Source of the DNA: Catajapyx aquilonaris
Taxonomy: Eukaryota
Length of the DNA: 64,000 bases
Assembly (NCBI GenBank): GCA_000934665.2
Contig: JYFJ02005370.1
Location: 1 to 64,000 of the forward strand
Direction: 5' to 3'
Position 1 is the stretch's first letter. Every line of letters starts with the position of its first letter. A program made the position numbers and the translations under genes. Under the pieces are notes generated by a model. The model did not search any database. It was not told the DNA's origin and saw nothing but the letters and a program-made list of their open reading frames with translations. Positions 39,529-54,200 of this stretch are shown in pieces.

Positions 39529-39724
39529 TGACGATTTCCCGACAATTGGGGCATGATATGCGGTGAGCCACCTGCCTTTCAATCTCCAAATTATCTCCTG
39601 TAATTCACACCTGTGACGTCAGTGATTTCCTTCTATTTGTAAACCTGCGCATCGACACTGTGTAGTTTGACAATTTGCCGACAGTTGATGTAGTGACATG
39701 CGGTATGCCACCTGTCGTTCAATC
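39529..39724. repeat. Degenerate direct repeat: about 55-bp unit at 139-bp spacing
   Basis: TGACGATTTCCCGACAATTG...ATGCGGTGAGCCACCTGCCTTTCAATC at 39529 versus TGACAATTTGCCGACAGTTG...ATGCGGTATGCCACCTGTCGTTCAATC at 39668. Confidence 0.6.
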
Positions 39725-42700
39725 CCTGGGTGAAACTTGTGGCTCTATATATTTGTATTGAATTAGTAACAGAATAAACGTCAATGCCAAAAACGACACG
39801 AGGGGACAATAATCCCTTTTCAAATTAACAAATCCATTTCCAAAATATTACGAGTTTAAAAATGTTGTCAGCTATAAAACCCATGATGCATAACGCCTCA
39901 CGTGGCGTCAGTCATTTCATCTGATTGTTTCACACGTTCTCATACATCACTTGTAGAAATGTTCGAGCCAAGCGACAGGCTCCTTCCCTAATTTTATTGG
40001 GTTAGACGTGGATATTGCAAAGCTTGACTGTTCCGTCAAGATTCGTGACCACACGATTCTCTCTGCACAACATAATCTAAGAAAGGAGAGCTGCTGCACA
40101 CGGAAGCGGTCTTTACACGGAAGATTATTCACGCATTACGGGAAATTTCGCCTCGGACAGAAAGGAGATCACGAACAAAATGATGGGCATAAACTGGAGG
40201 GAATGGAGGGGGTAGGCGGTGGTGGGGAGAGAAAGGATAGCAGACTTCCACAAGCGGTTGACACGAACTCGTTTCCTTCTGCCATCCATTATGAAATTGG
40301 GAGGACATGAATATTCGTGATGGCACATTTGAAATGGAGGCAATTTTGCGGACCATCCGCGGTAAATTAAATCCAACGTTAAAACACGGTTGCCAACATT
40401 TACTTGCGACTCGACGAATGTGTTCTGGAGACTATTATGCCCCAAGACTAATTTGCTGCGAGATATGTTGGAAGGATAACTTCCAATTACAGAAATAGAA
40501 CGACAGCAGGGCATATTCAGCTGTTTACTGTGGTGAGAAGAGGAATAAATGAATAGTGACAGCCAGGCCTATTCGTATGTAAATATTTGAGAGTGGGTGG
40601 CTGCACATAATTATGCAGAGGCGCAATATGTTGCACATTTTGTGACTCAGACGCAATATTTTAAAGTATAGACAGATGTAGTATACCTACATGAATATCT
40701 ACACTCTACAGCCTGAAATCTCCATGAACATGCAAGTTCTGCCTGTCGTATTGTCACATTTAAGTAGACAATCAATTATTAACTTATGAGGTCTCCCTAG
40801 CTTATTAGGTAGACAGCATCGTTTGAAAGTTAAAGCTTCTCTTAATGCTACATAGACATTCCTGTGAGAGCATCATCACGTAGTAATTCAGGGATGGGCG
40901 AAGTTATTACAATACCACATTTCAGTTTCCCATTCCACCAATGGATAATTTAGTAGCACCTGACAAGGTATGAATAATTTAGTGCGCAATGTGTATCTGT
41001 CAGGACATAGCAGCTATGAAGTTGGATTTTCCATTGCACCTGTGCACTAAAATAAAATTGGCATACCTAACTGTAATATATATGTTACACTAACGTCACT
41101 CACTTTCCCCGCATCACGTTATGAGTTAACCTACGCGAATCAACGATAATGCAAGGTGGTCCGTTAGCATATAAATAATATGAGACTGCTTCCAAAACGA
41201 TTAATGCCAAACCGCAGTGTTCAGTTATTCTGTCAGCTTTGCTAATGAGAGATGCGCCAGCCCAAAGTATGAAATTAGAGAAAAGGCTCAACAATGGATG
41301 GTGACAGTGGGCGGTATTATCATACCTATATAGCTCCCATTAAATATTTAATACGGTAGGCCTACTTCTTATCTGAAAACTAGAAATGTGATATGTTATC
41401 AAAAATGTAATATTATGCGAAGTTAGAGGTGACAAAAGTATAAATACTATAAAAGTATAAATATCTGACCTGAGCATCCTATCCATTCACCAGTTCCACG
41501 ATATGTGCATAGGAAACGTGCAATCATATTGCCTACGTGTGTGAGATTCAATCAGAACTATAGAATAGGAATCATCACTAGTAGAGGCAGTGCTTCGATA
41601 CTTGTATTATATGCCAAAATTGATGGTATAAAATTTCATGGAATTAACTAATTTATTATTGGAGCGTTTTTGTGTATTCTCCAGTTTTGTCATGGGCAGT
41701 TAGGTGCTCATAACGCTTAGTTAAGCTCATTGCCCGATTTATGAGAGTGAATTATACAATAATTCCACTTCTGCTGTCTTCTAAACATACTCACGGAATT
41801 AGTCCCATTAAAACGGAGTAGGTTACACCTAGCCATCTCACATGACCAATAGAATGAAACCTCTGGTCATGTCATGCAGAGGATACAATTTCACTAAAAC
41901 CTCAAGAAATCAACTAGTTAACCCCAAAACCACTGACAACCCCTCTTGCCATATGACCTACACCCCCTCTTTAAAACCCCATAACAGTACTGCACAGCAA
42001 CGCGATCTCCTCTCCAAAACTGTCAGCCACCACAGGACCGATCCTCCTTCAACCCAGTCCCAAATAAAACCCTCCAGCTCGTCTCCAAAAAAGCTGTGGG
42101 CTCCCATTGCGACAAGGTCACTCGGAAAACCGCGACAATATTTCAGCTCCAACTATATGTGCCAGTCCGGAGAGGGGGGCTCGCCACTATAGGGCAAGCC
42201 TACAAAACCGGGCACGGGTTTTATTTCCAGTCCCAAGTCATTGAAATTCCGAGAGGAGAATGTTGGCCCCCCATTTGTTTCCGGTACGTGTTTTGCATAG
42301 ATGCTCGGCCCAAGTCCCAGCAACCCGTTCGTTTTTGGTAACATGTGCCTGGCCGGCTCTCTTTCCTGGGCCGCTCAAGTGCCCTGGATTAACTAGGTTT
42401 CATTAGCTGGCGCCTACTTGCAGTGCCGGCCGCTACAGGATTTCCCGGAGATCAAAATTTTGCAAAAACGGCCCGAAGGATACAGCGACACTCCATTACC
42501 TTTATCTAGTGTGCCCCGCTTTATGAGGTGATATTTGTCAGCAAGAGTGAGGACGGTGGTTTTAAGCCGGGCTTGCACGCGGTATCGTGTCTCTTTTCAA
42601 ATCAAATGTAGTGTCAGGTGTGGTTGGTAGTTGGCTCTTGAAGCTGGACAGGGATGAAGAGCAAGTGCATGCTTCTTGGACAAAGGAAACACTCGGCAGG

Positions 42701-43371
42701 ACACTTATATATGTCAATCATCATTCAGGAGGTTCTGGGTGTTTATTCTAGTGTCAGTAATTTTCTGGAGTAAATAAAATTATACAAACACAGTCTTTAC
42801 GCACATTAGTGTTTTAAATTTTTTTGTCTTTATTTGCTTGCATAAAAATAGAAAGACCTATTGAACCCTTACACAACATCATTCTACATGATCCTATTTT
42901 TGACGCAATTTTCTCTACGCTGTATATAGTCAGCTGCGTTTGTAAGCAGAGGGACTACATAAGACGCAGTAGTTGTTTGTAGCATACTTAATCAATGTTT
43001 CTTGCTCAGAAAACTGCTGTAATATGCTTATCTCTTCTAGATATATGATGAGTGTGTACAGAGTGTGTATTTTTAAAGTTTTCAATATTCGCATAGTACC
43101 AACTTTTTAGAGTGAAACATGCCCACAGTCTTAGAAATAACATTTTCCGTCCATATTCCAAAACCATCATTATTTCAGTACCCCTCCCAAATAAATGTAC
43201 ACCAACAACAAAACGGATAATTTTGTTAATTGCCTATAATCTGTAAATAGGCTTACAATTCTCTACTCAGTTAATATGATTGCATTTATGATTAGTTCTA
43301 TTACTGCAATTTGAACCAGGAATGAGTACACCATGAGGTGTTATTGGGTGTTGCTGTGAAATCTATTATTT

Positions 43372-43394
43372 CTACTACACTACTACTACTACTA

Positions 43395-43428
<34 letters not shown>

Positions 43429-43454
43429 GTCTTCTACTACCACTGCTACTACTA
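43372..43454. repeat. (TAC)n microsatellite, imperfect
   Basis: Directly visible trinucleotide run. Confidence 0.95.
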
Positions 43455-44397
43455 ACGGGTTGGTCCGTTCCACAAAACTTTTTGTACTGAACAGGTTACA
43501 GTTATAAGCAGCAGATCTACTCCAGGACCAACCTATATCTGTAATGGAAAGTTTCTGTTGTATCTATGTACTTGGTTAGAAAATAGCAAGTTATATCATT
43601 ATACCACATCAATATGAACAGGATGTCATTATTTTAAGGTAAATTACTCGTAATTCTCAAATACCTAAGTCGCCTTATTACAATATACTGTACTACACAA
43701 CCTTTCCTAACCAAAATGAAGCTAATGTGAATTAACTCCATAAGATCAGTGCAAGAAAAAAAATGCAAGATGTGCGGTTGAAACGCCTCAATTCATCCCA
43801 GTTGGTGAAAATCAATAGCTGAAGTTTTGCTCCACCCTTATGGTCGTCTGGAACTTGTGTGTGAAACTTGGGTGATGATGGTGATGATGATGATGATAAT
43901 AATAATAAAGGTTTTTCTCCCCTCTCCTCTGTCAGTCCATTCCCCCTTCACCATGGTACCCCCCCCAACCGCACCCAGTTTTTCAGGAGAGTGCATCACG
44001 CCCACCAGCTCGAATATCTGTAATCTCTTTGCACTGATATGACCACCCTTAATTAATGAGCATCGTCATTTCACAAAATATCACATTGTCCGGTATGGAC
44101 ATTGCATTCGATCGACCGTACCCGAATCCTTCATTTGCCCTCCCAATTTCACTCCATTAATTGGGAGGATTTGCATTGCGCCAAAAACAACCAACGCCGA
44201 AACAAAGCCTTTTGGACGCATCTACCGGATTTGTTAGCGCACAACACCACGTCCACTAGTTCACTAATGTCGAGTGTCGGTAATATGCAATGAATATCAT
44301 AGTGTAGGCAGCAGGTTATTTTCATTTTATGGTGGAGAAACATATGCAAAACCGCACAGAATTTGCAGAGAATGATGATGGAAATTATTCTCCAATA

Positions 44398-44759
44398 ATA
44401 ATAATAAGAATAATAATAAGAATAAGAATAATAATCCGGGGTAGTGCTTGACCTCATCTGAGGTATGCAGCACGGACCTTTATTTATTACATCAAGTACA
44501 TTTGAGCCTTTTACGTAGCGCCCGGGCCCACGGGGAGGATGACAGGAGGGGATGTGCAAGGTGCAGTACAGTGTCTTTATGTGGCCATTTTTAGTGAACT
44601 CCCCCGGGTGGTTTAGTCTGTGGATATACCACCCGAGACGAAGCCAGAGGTGACCCTGAACTGTGCACGAGATGAAGGGGGTGTCCCCGGGCTGGGATCG
44701 AACCCGGGACCTTAACATCCGTGGGCGCATACGTTACCGCAGCACCACTCCGCCTCCCC
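44398..44759 (-). mobile_element. Full-length tRNA-derived SINE, third family, with a (TTA/TTC)n tail
   Basis: Minus strand A box TGGTGCTGCGG and B box GGTTCGATCCC. Perfect 15-bp TSD AATTATTCTCCAATA at 44383-44397 and 44760-44774. Confidence 0.92.
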
Positions 44760-47700
44760 AATTATTCTCCAATAGATGACTGGTATAGGAAGGAAGCAGC
44801 GTGCGCCATCTACTAACTTCCTTTTCAACACCCTCACTTGCACAAAACATAGCTGTGGGTTATGCACGTTACAACGAGCATTGATGACTAGTGCTTCAAA
44901 AATAGGAGTGAATATCAAGAGTAACCATCAGTATTTCAGCCTGTATAGAAGCAGGTCTTCTTTAATCATTTGGATATTCTGACTACTTTGGTTACCCGTG
45001 TCACAAAAAGTCACCTACCAGCATTGTACACAAGCATCGCACTAATAGGCACTAATGGTAAGCCTCATACTATCAACAATTTAGTGCTGTAGATCATAGT
45101 TACACATGCATTACACCCATTTACTTTACAGTAAATTAATGTGTCATGCTGGCGTCATCCACCTAGTGCATCAACAACCGCAACAGAAATTGTAACATTT
45201 TGTTGCACAAGACAGGTCACCGACATAACCCCTACATCAAAATCACCACTTCTGTTATGTCCCAGTAAACACGTTAGAGTCAGTCCAGTAGCCCCAAGTG
45301 ACATACTCCCCAATAAATGCGGCATTTAATTCGACGTCATTCCTTTTAATCAGTGTGGTCGGGAAGTTATTTGACATGGAAACCAATACATCTCCATACA
45401 CCAGCTAATATATAGCCCCGTGGGTGCAGGGGTGGGTGGAAGGGTTGTTGTGTCCATCCATTCAGCTGGCCAAAACACGACAAGCTTCTTGTTACAACCT
45501 ACCCCACCCCCGCAACTCACCCCATGATAGAGTGTGGAACTAAGCGTCAAAAGGGATGGGTTTGCGAGGAAACGGACGCCGGTTATCATAATCCATCATA
45601 CACCCTGCACAGCACTGCACGTCAAATTCGCATCACCGAATCCATCACGAACATTGTTGCCTTCTTCGCTCAGGGCCAACCCACCCCCTCCCCCCCATAC
45701 ATTGCATATATTTGCTGAATGACGCGACCATGAGAGAGAAAAAATGGCGAGGGTTCATTCGCCATACAGAGCTAGGCTAAACAACAACAAAACAACAAGA
45801 GGATTGATTTTTGTGTGTCTGTGGTGGCGGTGGATGTGCTGGGTGGAGTGGGGGTCGCGAAACGCAAAGGAAGTTGTCCAATTCCAGGAGTTTTGTCATT
45901 TGAGAGTGGAGAAATGGGACAGGCACTCCCGAGAGAATTCCCTTCCCATCATGGCACTCTAGGGGGAAAAGCGATATTGGTGAGGGCAGAAAAGAGTGGT
46001 CATCATTTCACTACGGTGCACGTTTCCAGCAGCCCTCCTTGGTCCTATCTGCTAGCTGGGATTCAGGGAGCATTTTCTATACTCATCGCCCACAGATGCT
46101 TCATAATGACGCACTGGTTGGATTGTTAAATGTTATATTAGCCAGAAATGCACGGATAATTCTATGATACGTGATACTGTCTTCCTTCCTACCCTGCTGT
46201 ATTAGCTTGTGACAAAAAAGTGACTTCCATAATATTAAAGTGTATAAAGAACATTACTGTTCCGTACTAAAAAGTGTGACGTTTAAATAACAAAATAATA
46301 CAACATATTGAGGCGCCAACAGCTAGACTCATGTTACACTGCTCTCTATACGTGGGGTTTCTTCACAAATGCGAGGAAAACGCATAGCATTTTCATAAGC
46401 CCCTGAGCAAAAAAGTTAACAACTTTGAAACTTTTGGCAGGTCCGCAATTAAAGTGTAATGATTAATGTGCTACAGGCTCTAACAATTGGCGTGAGAAAC
46501 TAAATGCAGGAAGACAGGTTATTGCAAATTAGTCAACGTTATGAAAGAAGCTTCGTCACCAACTTATTGCGAACACACTGTCCTAAACGAAAAGCAATCT
46601 CCAGCAAATGACATATTTGTTGAACCCCCCCCCCCCCGTCCCCCAAATAATCAAATTACAAGATAATATTCTGATTCAGTATGTGTGAAAGGAGGGTCAT
46701 ATAGATTGGACTGATTCCTTGTAGCTACTCATAAAGAATATGTTACCGACACGCACATTGACACCACTATTTTTTTTTCTGCCCATAGCGTAATCAAGCC
46801 GGTCCAGCATTTCCCCATCGCCAGGCGCCATCGCGATACGGGAAATTACTGTTATTGTTTTCCCAACTCCTAACAAATGATGATTATGTGGTGTCGGATG
46901 AACAACAACAATGCAAACACGGTGGGATCGATGTGATCTGCACGAAGCCCGCCTCTGTCTGCTGCAGCTATACGATAAAGGATAAATTATTCATATCCTG
47001 TATCACCAACGCCATGTATATCAGCCTTACCTGGCAATAAATAGCAAAATATCATCCGAACCACATTCTCTTGGCTTGCGGGATGTGCGCCAACACATCA
47101 CCTGCTTATCAATCTCTCGTTAATTAATAATAAATGGCTCTTTATACCTACAATATATCCTGTGGACGAGCCTTTTGTAAATACTCTATGATCGCCGTTG
47201 TGAGCGCCTAATTTTGGGAAAATTGCTTCCACCCACGGTCCTCCCACCCGCACCCTGCGGTTAAAACTTTAGTACCCTTCATTAAATGGGTCGGGGTGTA
47301 TTTTTTCATGGGAGAGGTGGGGGATTGGGGGTGGGGGGCGTGCCGATGAAACTAGTGGTGCGAAAGGAAATTTAATGAATCTAGAGCAATTAGAAGCAAT
47401 TAATGCACTTTATGGCTCGTTTATGTAAAGCTCGGCTCATTTCATGAAATTTCCACTGTTGTGTCGAAATTAGCGGAAACGGCTTCGACATCCAAAATCT
47501 GGTTTCGCCCCTCCCATACACCCCCACCCCCACCCCCTCGTACAGCCCAATTGTTGAAACAGACCTCCGGAGCCGAATTCAGATGCAAAGTGCTCCCACA
47601 TCCACAATAACAACTGATGGGGTTCGTTATAGACGATGCACCACCGGGTGTAATTAAATCATTGCAAATTAATCGCAATCACCTCTCCGTAATGCTTATT

Positions 47701-50700
47701 TTCTGCACCGACGGTTACATGTACACAATAATCTGATCGCTTTTTAGGTACAAAGTGAGAGTAGCTATATAGCACATGCAGGCCAATTTGCAAATCCTAC
47801 TGACGAATTAGTTATAAGGCCAATTAGTGGCATCTTTCAATGTATACAGGATACCCCGATGGTGGTAATAGGCCCTCTTTTTTGTAAGCGACATTTTTAA
47901 TTCTCACGGTTGAAAATGAAAATGGGCGTATCAAGTACAGCAGATACGTCTATGGTCATACACTTGAAAACTTTCAACAATTTCTGGGAGCTGCCTAGGC
48001 CATTGTATGCACTAAATTCATTTTATTAGACACCCCAATTGCGTGAGAATACACGCCAAATGTACTTGTAGCCTAAATATACACATAACCTCCATTAATA
48101 ATGGCAAGACTGGTAACACATCATAGCTATGGCTAACCGAGCATTACTAATGCACTTGATGTGTATTTTTGCACAGGTGGTATGTAACAAAATGTATTTA
48201 GCCCTTACTTTCAGTGTCACAAAATACAAACATACCGTAATTATGTACTGTATGGTGTGTCAATTCACACACCACGTTTTCACAGCAGATATGATGTTCA
48301 AGAATAATTTAATTAAGTACAGGTCCATGAAATTTCACACTCAACCAATGGTGGTAGTCTCATATTTCTTATAAAGCAGTGTATTCTGATGGAAACATCA
48401 AGTTCAGTAAGCAAATTTGGTCTACACTGCTTATTAAAATATGTTCCAAAAAGTTATTTCACGGGATATAAAAATATGAGCTGGTTGTATGGAAACATCC
48501 TTTTAAACAGTTGCAAGTGGGCCTGGCATGAGAAAAATGGCTTCAACCCTTGACCTCGGATTCAAGTGAGCTAAAATGAGTTATTTCCACTGTATTAAGC
48601 TCAAAAATTCAGTTGGGGGGCAGGATGATGACATTTAACCTACAATATTGTATTTGTTGCATATTTAAGTGTTTCAAAGTGTCTGTTCACTATTAGTAAT
48701 AAGCAGCTTAATGTGAAAAATTGATTAAACAGACACATCAATATATTGCAATACATTGTACTATTGTATTCGGTATTTTTGAATATGATGTAATTACCAA
48801 ATGTTTATACTGTATCTGAATTCACGCATATGCAGATGTAGAGAGTGTGTTATATTATGGTCGTTACGTGGTTATTACGCTGAATTTTGTGGGCTATACA
48901 TAACTTGCACTACTGCAGCAGTTTTGTAGAGTTCATTGTACCCCACATACGCTACAGTACATATCAAACAAACGAGGCTTTTAAAAGGCTTCGTTTATGC
49001 CAAACAAACATCAAAGAAAATTGTGCAGTGTCATAAATGCGACTGTCTACAACGTAGCATCGCCATGTAACAATGTATATAGTTCAAGTTTCCTCTAAAA
49101 GCAATATCTCTGATGATCGTCGTACAGGTCACGTATAGCACAAAGAAAATTTGTCGACAACATTAATCCAATTATCTCTCCTCCATACCTCCTTTTGCCC
49201 CTGGTGGTAGCAGTTACACAACAAGTCAACAACCTGTTGATTACCTATCTCCAAAGACAAAGTAATTATAGCTCTACCCGAGCATATAGAAAGGAACAAA
49301 AGAAGCTTTATTTTCAATCGATTCAGATATATAACCAATTAGTTACATTTTTCTTTGAAAGAAATTGTTTACCTCGCAGCTCCGGCTTAACCCTATTTTC
49401 TTCCACTGTTGGTTCCTATTTTCGCTTCTCCGTAATTTGTAGGTTGTCACCTCCAGAAGCCAGAAAAGTGATAGGCGCAACCTTTAGGTTACGTTCCAGC
49501 ATTTGTAACATGAAAAAAAAGTAGACTTTTGCGAATTTTCTCATTTCAAGGTTTTTTTTCTCGCTCTGTTTCCCTACTTGGCGTGGATACATTCAAATGG
49601 AATAAAAATTGGAAAAAAGAAGGTCAGATAACCCACCCGGTATTACAAATGTTGAAAAGCGAGGAAGTTTGGATGGGAGGAATGGTCGTAGGGGAGGGAG
49701 CAAAAATGAGATTGAGAAGCTACACGCCCCAAAGAACTCCGACTGCTGTCTTGCTTCAATTTACTAAATGGAATTAAACCACTCGGAGCTTTTCCAATCC
49801 CTGCCACAGTCACGTTAACTCGAAAAACGCCAGACCCCATTCCCCTTCCCCCCTCTCCACTTTTTTTTTTGGAGGACTCTTTAATTACTGTTTCATAAAG
49901 GAAATTATCTCTAGAACCGATATTTTTCTAAATGGAATCAACCTTTTTTGTTCGTTCCCCTTCCTGCTGTTTTGAAAGAACAGCGATATGAAGGCACCAG
50001 TGAGCAGCCAAAATAACCCCTTATACTTCCCCCCCTAAACTTTTCTCCTTCAATATTTCTGCCTGTCAACCGATGATCCTTGCATGGTTTATCCGAACAG
50101 CCAACTGCGGATTTGTCTTTGTTACTAAGGGAACCCTGTCACAATCGCTTCAGGGCAAGACGTGCCACGTTTTCTTTTTCTTTTTTTTGTCACCGTCCTA
50201 CTTTTTGTCTCCTTTTTTTTCTGGAGGTAAGAGAAGTAAGCCGATTCTAGACCCAGCTCTTATGTACACGATTTTGAAGGGAAGGAGAGAGAAAAAAAAC
50301 GTAAGTCGACCTAATTTGCATTTTTAGTAACTTGGGCTGTGCACACGTCGCGTTTGATATCGGTTTAATTTCATCTTCCGTCAACATTTTATGAACTGCT
50401 CTTTTCCCCAACTTTTTCATTTAGATTAACATCCCGTGTCTATGAGTTACTAAAAAAATAGATATACCGCCCGTTAGACACTTGAGGGACATTTTATACT
50501 CTTATCGTACTAAAGCACGGGTGTAATCTTACGACTCCAGATTCATTAGTGAACCATTTCAGCCAACGCCTGAGTCCTTTACAACCGGTCGTTAATTTGT
50601 TAAAACGATTCTTTTTATCAGGATCTTGCACGTACAAGTCGCTCCCGCACTCCACTGCATCACTTGCTGTTATGCACTGCAGAAGAATGTGCCCAAAATT

Positions 50701-53700
50701 CTCTTGGAACTCGACATTCTAAGAATATAAGCAGCTTTGTAGTCACATTTTAGCACACTTGCTAATATTCACCGTTCTTAACTTATCACATTTTAGCAGA
50801 ATTGAAGCGCTTTTCTTTCTGCACTATATATACCATGTAACTGACTGTGAGCTGAAAAATACTCCGAATGTGATATCACGTGTTTACCGCTTTGACCCAA
50901 CCCGCACAAAATTGGATGTTTTTTTTTTAGACTAGCACAGAGTTGAAAAACAACAACAACAAAAGCACAACGACTGTCCTTTGCTATGTAAATTAGTCCC
51001 GACAAATCACTGCTATATTCCACCTAGATAACTGCAAGTAGAAGTGAAATATTAGAGTGAGTGCACCCCTCCCCCCTGCCACCCTCCCCCGGTTATCCTC
51101 CCCCCCCCACCATGTTCAGGAGGGTGCAAAGGGGGGTTAAGCGTAGCACCTGTCTGGATTTTCAGCCAATACAAAACCATTCATGTTATCCGCAGAGTAC
51201 CACTACACAGCAATCCTGCAGTTGAAAGCACAAACTGTCCTCATTATTATAATCAAACGCAGACAATATAGTCAATCCGTAGTGCAGGCCGACATTAAAA
51301 CTCCGGCAAATCACCGGAGCCGTGGCAGTAATTACGCTTGCATTCCAACAGAACGGTAATGGGGCCAATTGGCGGTTACCAAAATGTTTCGTCAATTCAT
51401 AAAGGGGCTCCGTTATGCTCCGGGAAAGATGGACGCCCCTCATCCACTGGCTGAAATAGTTTCTCTGCCGGTCTGAATGGATTGTATTTACGGGGAGTCC
51501 CCCAAACAACTATGTCATGGTGATGCAAATGCAAAAAAAAAAGAAAGAAAAAATCACATGCAAGGCGCATGGAACTTGTATTCATTCGGAGCTGACTTGA
51601 ATGAAAGCATATTTGTAAGTCCGACTTAATGTGTCCATATATTAAGCAAATTGGTATTGTACCTATGAGACACTCGGTGATTTTTAAAGTGTTGCAATGG
51701 TTTCATTCGCACACTGCATAATATTGCCATATATTTGCTAATTTGCATAATCACCGTTTTTTCAATTAGCCGCATTTGAAACTTTAATAGTCGTGGTGGG
51801 TTTCCGTATAACGGTTGTTTAATAGACTAATATATGAGACCTTTGCACTATTCCCAGCAATTTTTTAAAAATCAAACGGACTCATAAAGCCACACCTCTA
51901 GCAGAGGATGTGATCCGCAAGTGTATGTGCATAATATTCAAATGCATTTTTTAGCAATACAGATCCCGTTTCAAAGCGAGGAATGCCCCCATTGCGGCAT
52001 TACATGGCACTGCCCACTATGCATTTTAGTTTGACGGGGCCGATCTCCACTGACAGTTCAATTTAGATATAAATGTCAGATATCCCATTGTCCAACTATC
52101 ACGTAACGTACTTGAATGCAAAGAACATGAACATATATAGTACATAAAAGCGCAAAAAAAAAACAATTGGAGCTATGTGCACAACACAAAAAGTGAGTGT
52201 AGTTGCATGCTGTTCCGCAAGAGACTCCACTTGATCAAAAATGTCTACGTTGTGATGAAACAGGTCGGTGAAGCGTAGAAAGCGCATCATACTTGTGACA
52301 GAGTCATTTACCGTAGCTGTCTCTCAAACCTAGCATTTGATGGAGCCAGATAGCCGGAAAAACAATAGAAAAGGCTGAAACGCAAACAATGATTCTGTAA
52401 TGAAGCTAATGAAAAATAAAAAGCCCACGCAACCTTCCATTAATTGCGCATGCATATCTATTGTGCTGGCATTCTATTGCCTTTCGCTTTCTTTCTTTCC
52501 TTTTTTAAATACAGGCTGGCACACAAAGCCAAGGCCCGCAGTCCAGATTGCACTTTGGCTTCGCATGCAATCGCTTATTTTACGTAGCCAAGTCATGCGA
52601 ATCGTTTAATCATCCATCTTTGTGCTGTTAATATCTTTGTACAAGCTTAAATGACGTGAGTGTATATAGGGTGGCCGACTATCATGCAATGACAATAATA
52701 TTTCAATCGTGTTTAAGCCCCCTAAAGTGGCCACAATGGTAAGCTAATGTAAAATATTCCCCAGCCTTATCTCCAACGTGCGAATGAATGCTCCGAAGCC
52801 TTTGAAATATGTTCCCCTGCTGGAAGAGTAGATCATTTCTGCAGCTACTAACGAGAAGATATCACGAATTCGCTAATGGACTCGTACACAATATGCCTGG
52901 CACAAGGTATTTATTGCCTGAAACATAATACAACCCTAGGTTGAAACACAAACGAACAAGCCAGATGCTGCTTGCTATAAAAGCATTGAATGGTGGGAAA
53001 GGTAAATAACCACCAAAATTTTACTCCAATACAACAAAAAAAACAACAGACGAGAGGCAAAATTTGAATTGAACTGCACCGCATATCTGTCCAACTGACA
53101 CTGCACAAAATGGTTGATTCGTGTCGTTTGATTGCGCATACCTTTCAATAGACATGCCGCAGTTTGACATAAAAACGAACAAAATTAGCACAGTCAATCT
53201 ACTTGAAACCTCGTGCCAATTATCGCATGGCCCGGCATGAATGTGCAATGAAAGGTGGAGAATTAAATGGCTCTGAGCGATACGCAGTAATAAATGTCTC
53301 ACGCAGGCGACACCGTGGCCTGTCACTCTTGTCGGACGTGCACTGTACGCTACTCACACTTGCTCTGCTTGACTAATTGCAGAGTCAATGCTCTCCAACT
53401 GCTTATGTGCAAGAGCTAGATAACAACTTGAACGTCGTAACCACAGGTATTGGTTTGTTCAGGTGCATGACGCTAAATATATATTATTGAAACGGTGTTG
53501 TACTGTACAGCACAGGGCGAGGTACAAGGAAACAAATATATTAGTTATGAGAGAGGACATCTGCGGTCCGGCATGAGACAGTAGGTCCAATGTAGATGGC
53601 TTCTCATTTTAATCATTTACGAGGGCTATATACTGCTTGACCACCTGACGGGTAGAATTATTACACTGCATCATTTCGCACAGTACTTGAGAGACGTAGG

Positions 53701-53799
53701 CACATGAAAACGTCATTTTGACCACCTACTGTAGCCACCAAGTCCGCTATATGACGCGCTTACATCCACTCAATCGGAAATAGACATTCCCCATTTTAC

Positions 53800-54200
53800 A
53801 TGTCGCCAATACACATCATTGATCAACATCACTGTACATGAGTACCTTCACATGCTGGCAGGTAGTCATGACATTTCCTGGTAGTGTACGGCGGCAGCCA
53901 ACTAGATTCCGGGTATCCCCATACGCTCAGCCGGATCTTCTGCACGCTCTCGTCATGATTGGAGTGCTTTTCTGAGAGGCTTTTCTTCACTTTCTCAAGT
54001 GAGAAAGCCACTTCCACGCGTTAAGCGATGTCAAACACTGTTCACCATATACAACGCACACATTTCGCCATGAATTTCTGCGCTCTTTCCTCCTTGTGTC
54101 CACATCAACCTGATAACATCCTACTCCTCCATTCACCCGTACGTTTCCGCATTTGACGTTACATGGGCGTCGTGTCCTGTCACCTATCGAGCTGAAGGTG
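53800..54200 (-). pseudogene. Heavily decayed piggyBac-like transposase C-terminus
   Basis: Frame-shifted fragments in the expected order: GGV..YQV...RRK...W; EVAFSL; IR...G.P...TTRKC..LPACEG-THV.C. These resemble the piggyBac (PGBD2/3-type) core end and Cys-rich tail as recalled. Confidence 0.45.

Noticed and set aside
44149..44730. Longest ORF in the track (193 aa)
   Set aside because: It runs through a SINE and its microsatellite tail (YYSYSYYY) and is not protein-like.
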